Source: Octopus bimaculoides (taxonomy: Eukaryota). From it: a stretch of 36,673 bases of DNA. The DNA lies in assembly GCF_001194135.2 (NCBI RefSeq), contig NC_069002.1, positions 19,591,356 to 19,628,028 of the forward strand. Direction: 5' to 3'. Under the pieces are notes generated by a model. It was not told the DNA's origin. It saw nothing but the letters and a program-made list of their open reading frames with translations, and did not search any database. The position numbers were made by a program, and so were the translations under genes. Within the stretch, counting starts at the first letter, position 1, and each line of letters begins with the position of its first letter. This document shows, in pieces, positions 36,490 through 36,673 of the stretch.

Positions 36490-36673
36490 TATGCTTGTGT
36501 GTCTGTGTTTGTGTTTGTACCCCCATCATTGCTTCACAACCGATGGCGGTATGTTTACGTCCCCGTAACTTAGCTGTTCGGCAAAAGAGACCGATAGAAC
36601 ATGTACTGGGCTTACAAAGAATAAGTCAAATGACTGAAACAAGTAAAAAAGTACAGAGTAAAGAGTATATATA
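36490..36673 (+). mobile_element. SINE family A 3' half
   Basis: gtttacgtccccgtaacttagctgttcggcaaaagagaccgatagaac..cttacaaagaataagtc..gactgaaacaagtaaaa. Confidence 0.88.

Overview
AT-rich, microsatellite-saturated eukaryotic genomic DNA. About 3.6 kb is N gaps (1555-2454, 3443-3987, 5892-6553, 8773-9355, 13208-13217, 13556-14098, 19930-20028, 27627-27644, 32445-32729). The SINE families and repeat landscape look like octopus (coleoid cephalopod); this is an inference from recalled repeat consensus sequences. Nearly all ORFs in the supplied track are microsatellite, gap or transposon artefacts. The real gene is absent from that track: two short + strand exons (17510-17564 and 35094-35194) splice in frame to an ERGIC1 (ERGIC-32) lumenal-domain peptide across a 17.5 kb intron. 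The window is therefore mostly ERGIC1 intronic DNA. It contains decayed transposons: two mariner DD34D relics, a maT DD37D relic, three stacked R4/Dong-like restriction-endonuclease LINE 3' ends beginning 7 nt after a splice donor, Penelope-like remnants, a possible piggyBac relic, and about 15 SINE copies or fragments of two families. The most unusual signals are RNA-structural: two Penelope-type minimal hammerhead ribozymes antisense to the host gene, a perfect 110-bp fold-back whose loop holds nested hairpins and a hammerhead-like core on the sense strand, a second 211-bp fold-back, and inverted SINE pairs around the exons. No rRNA, tRNA gene, CRISPR array or intact transposon ORF is present. 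I cannot claim a wholly new system from sequence alone.
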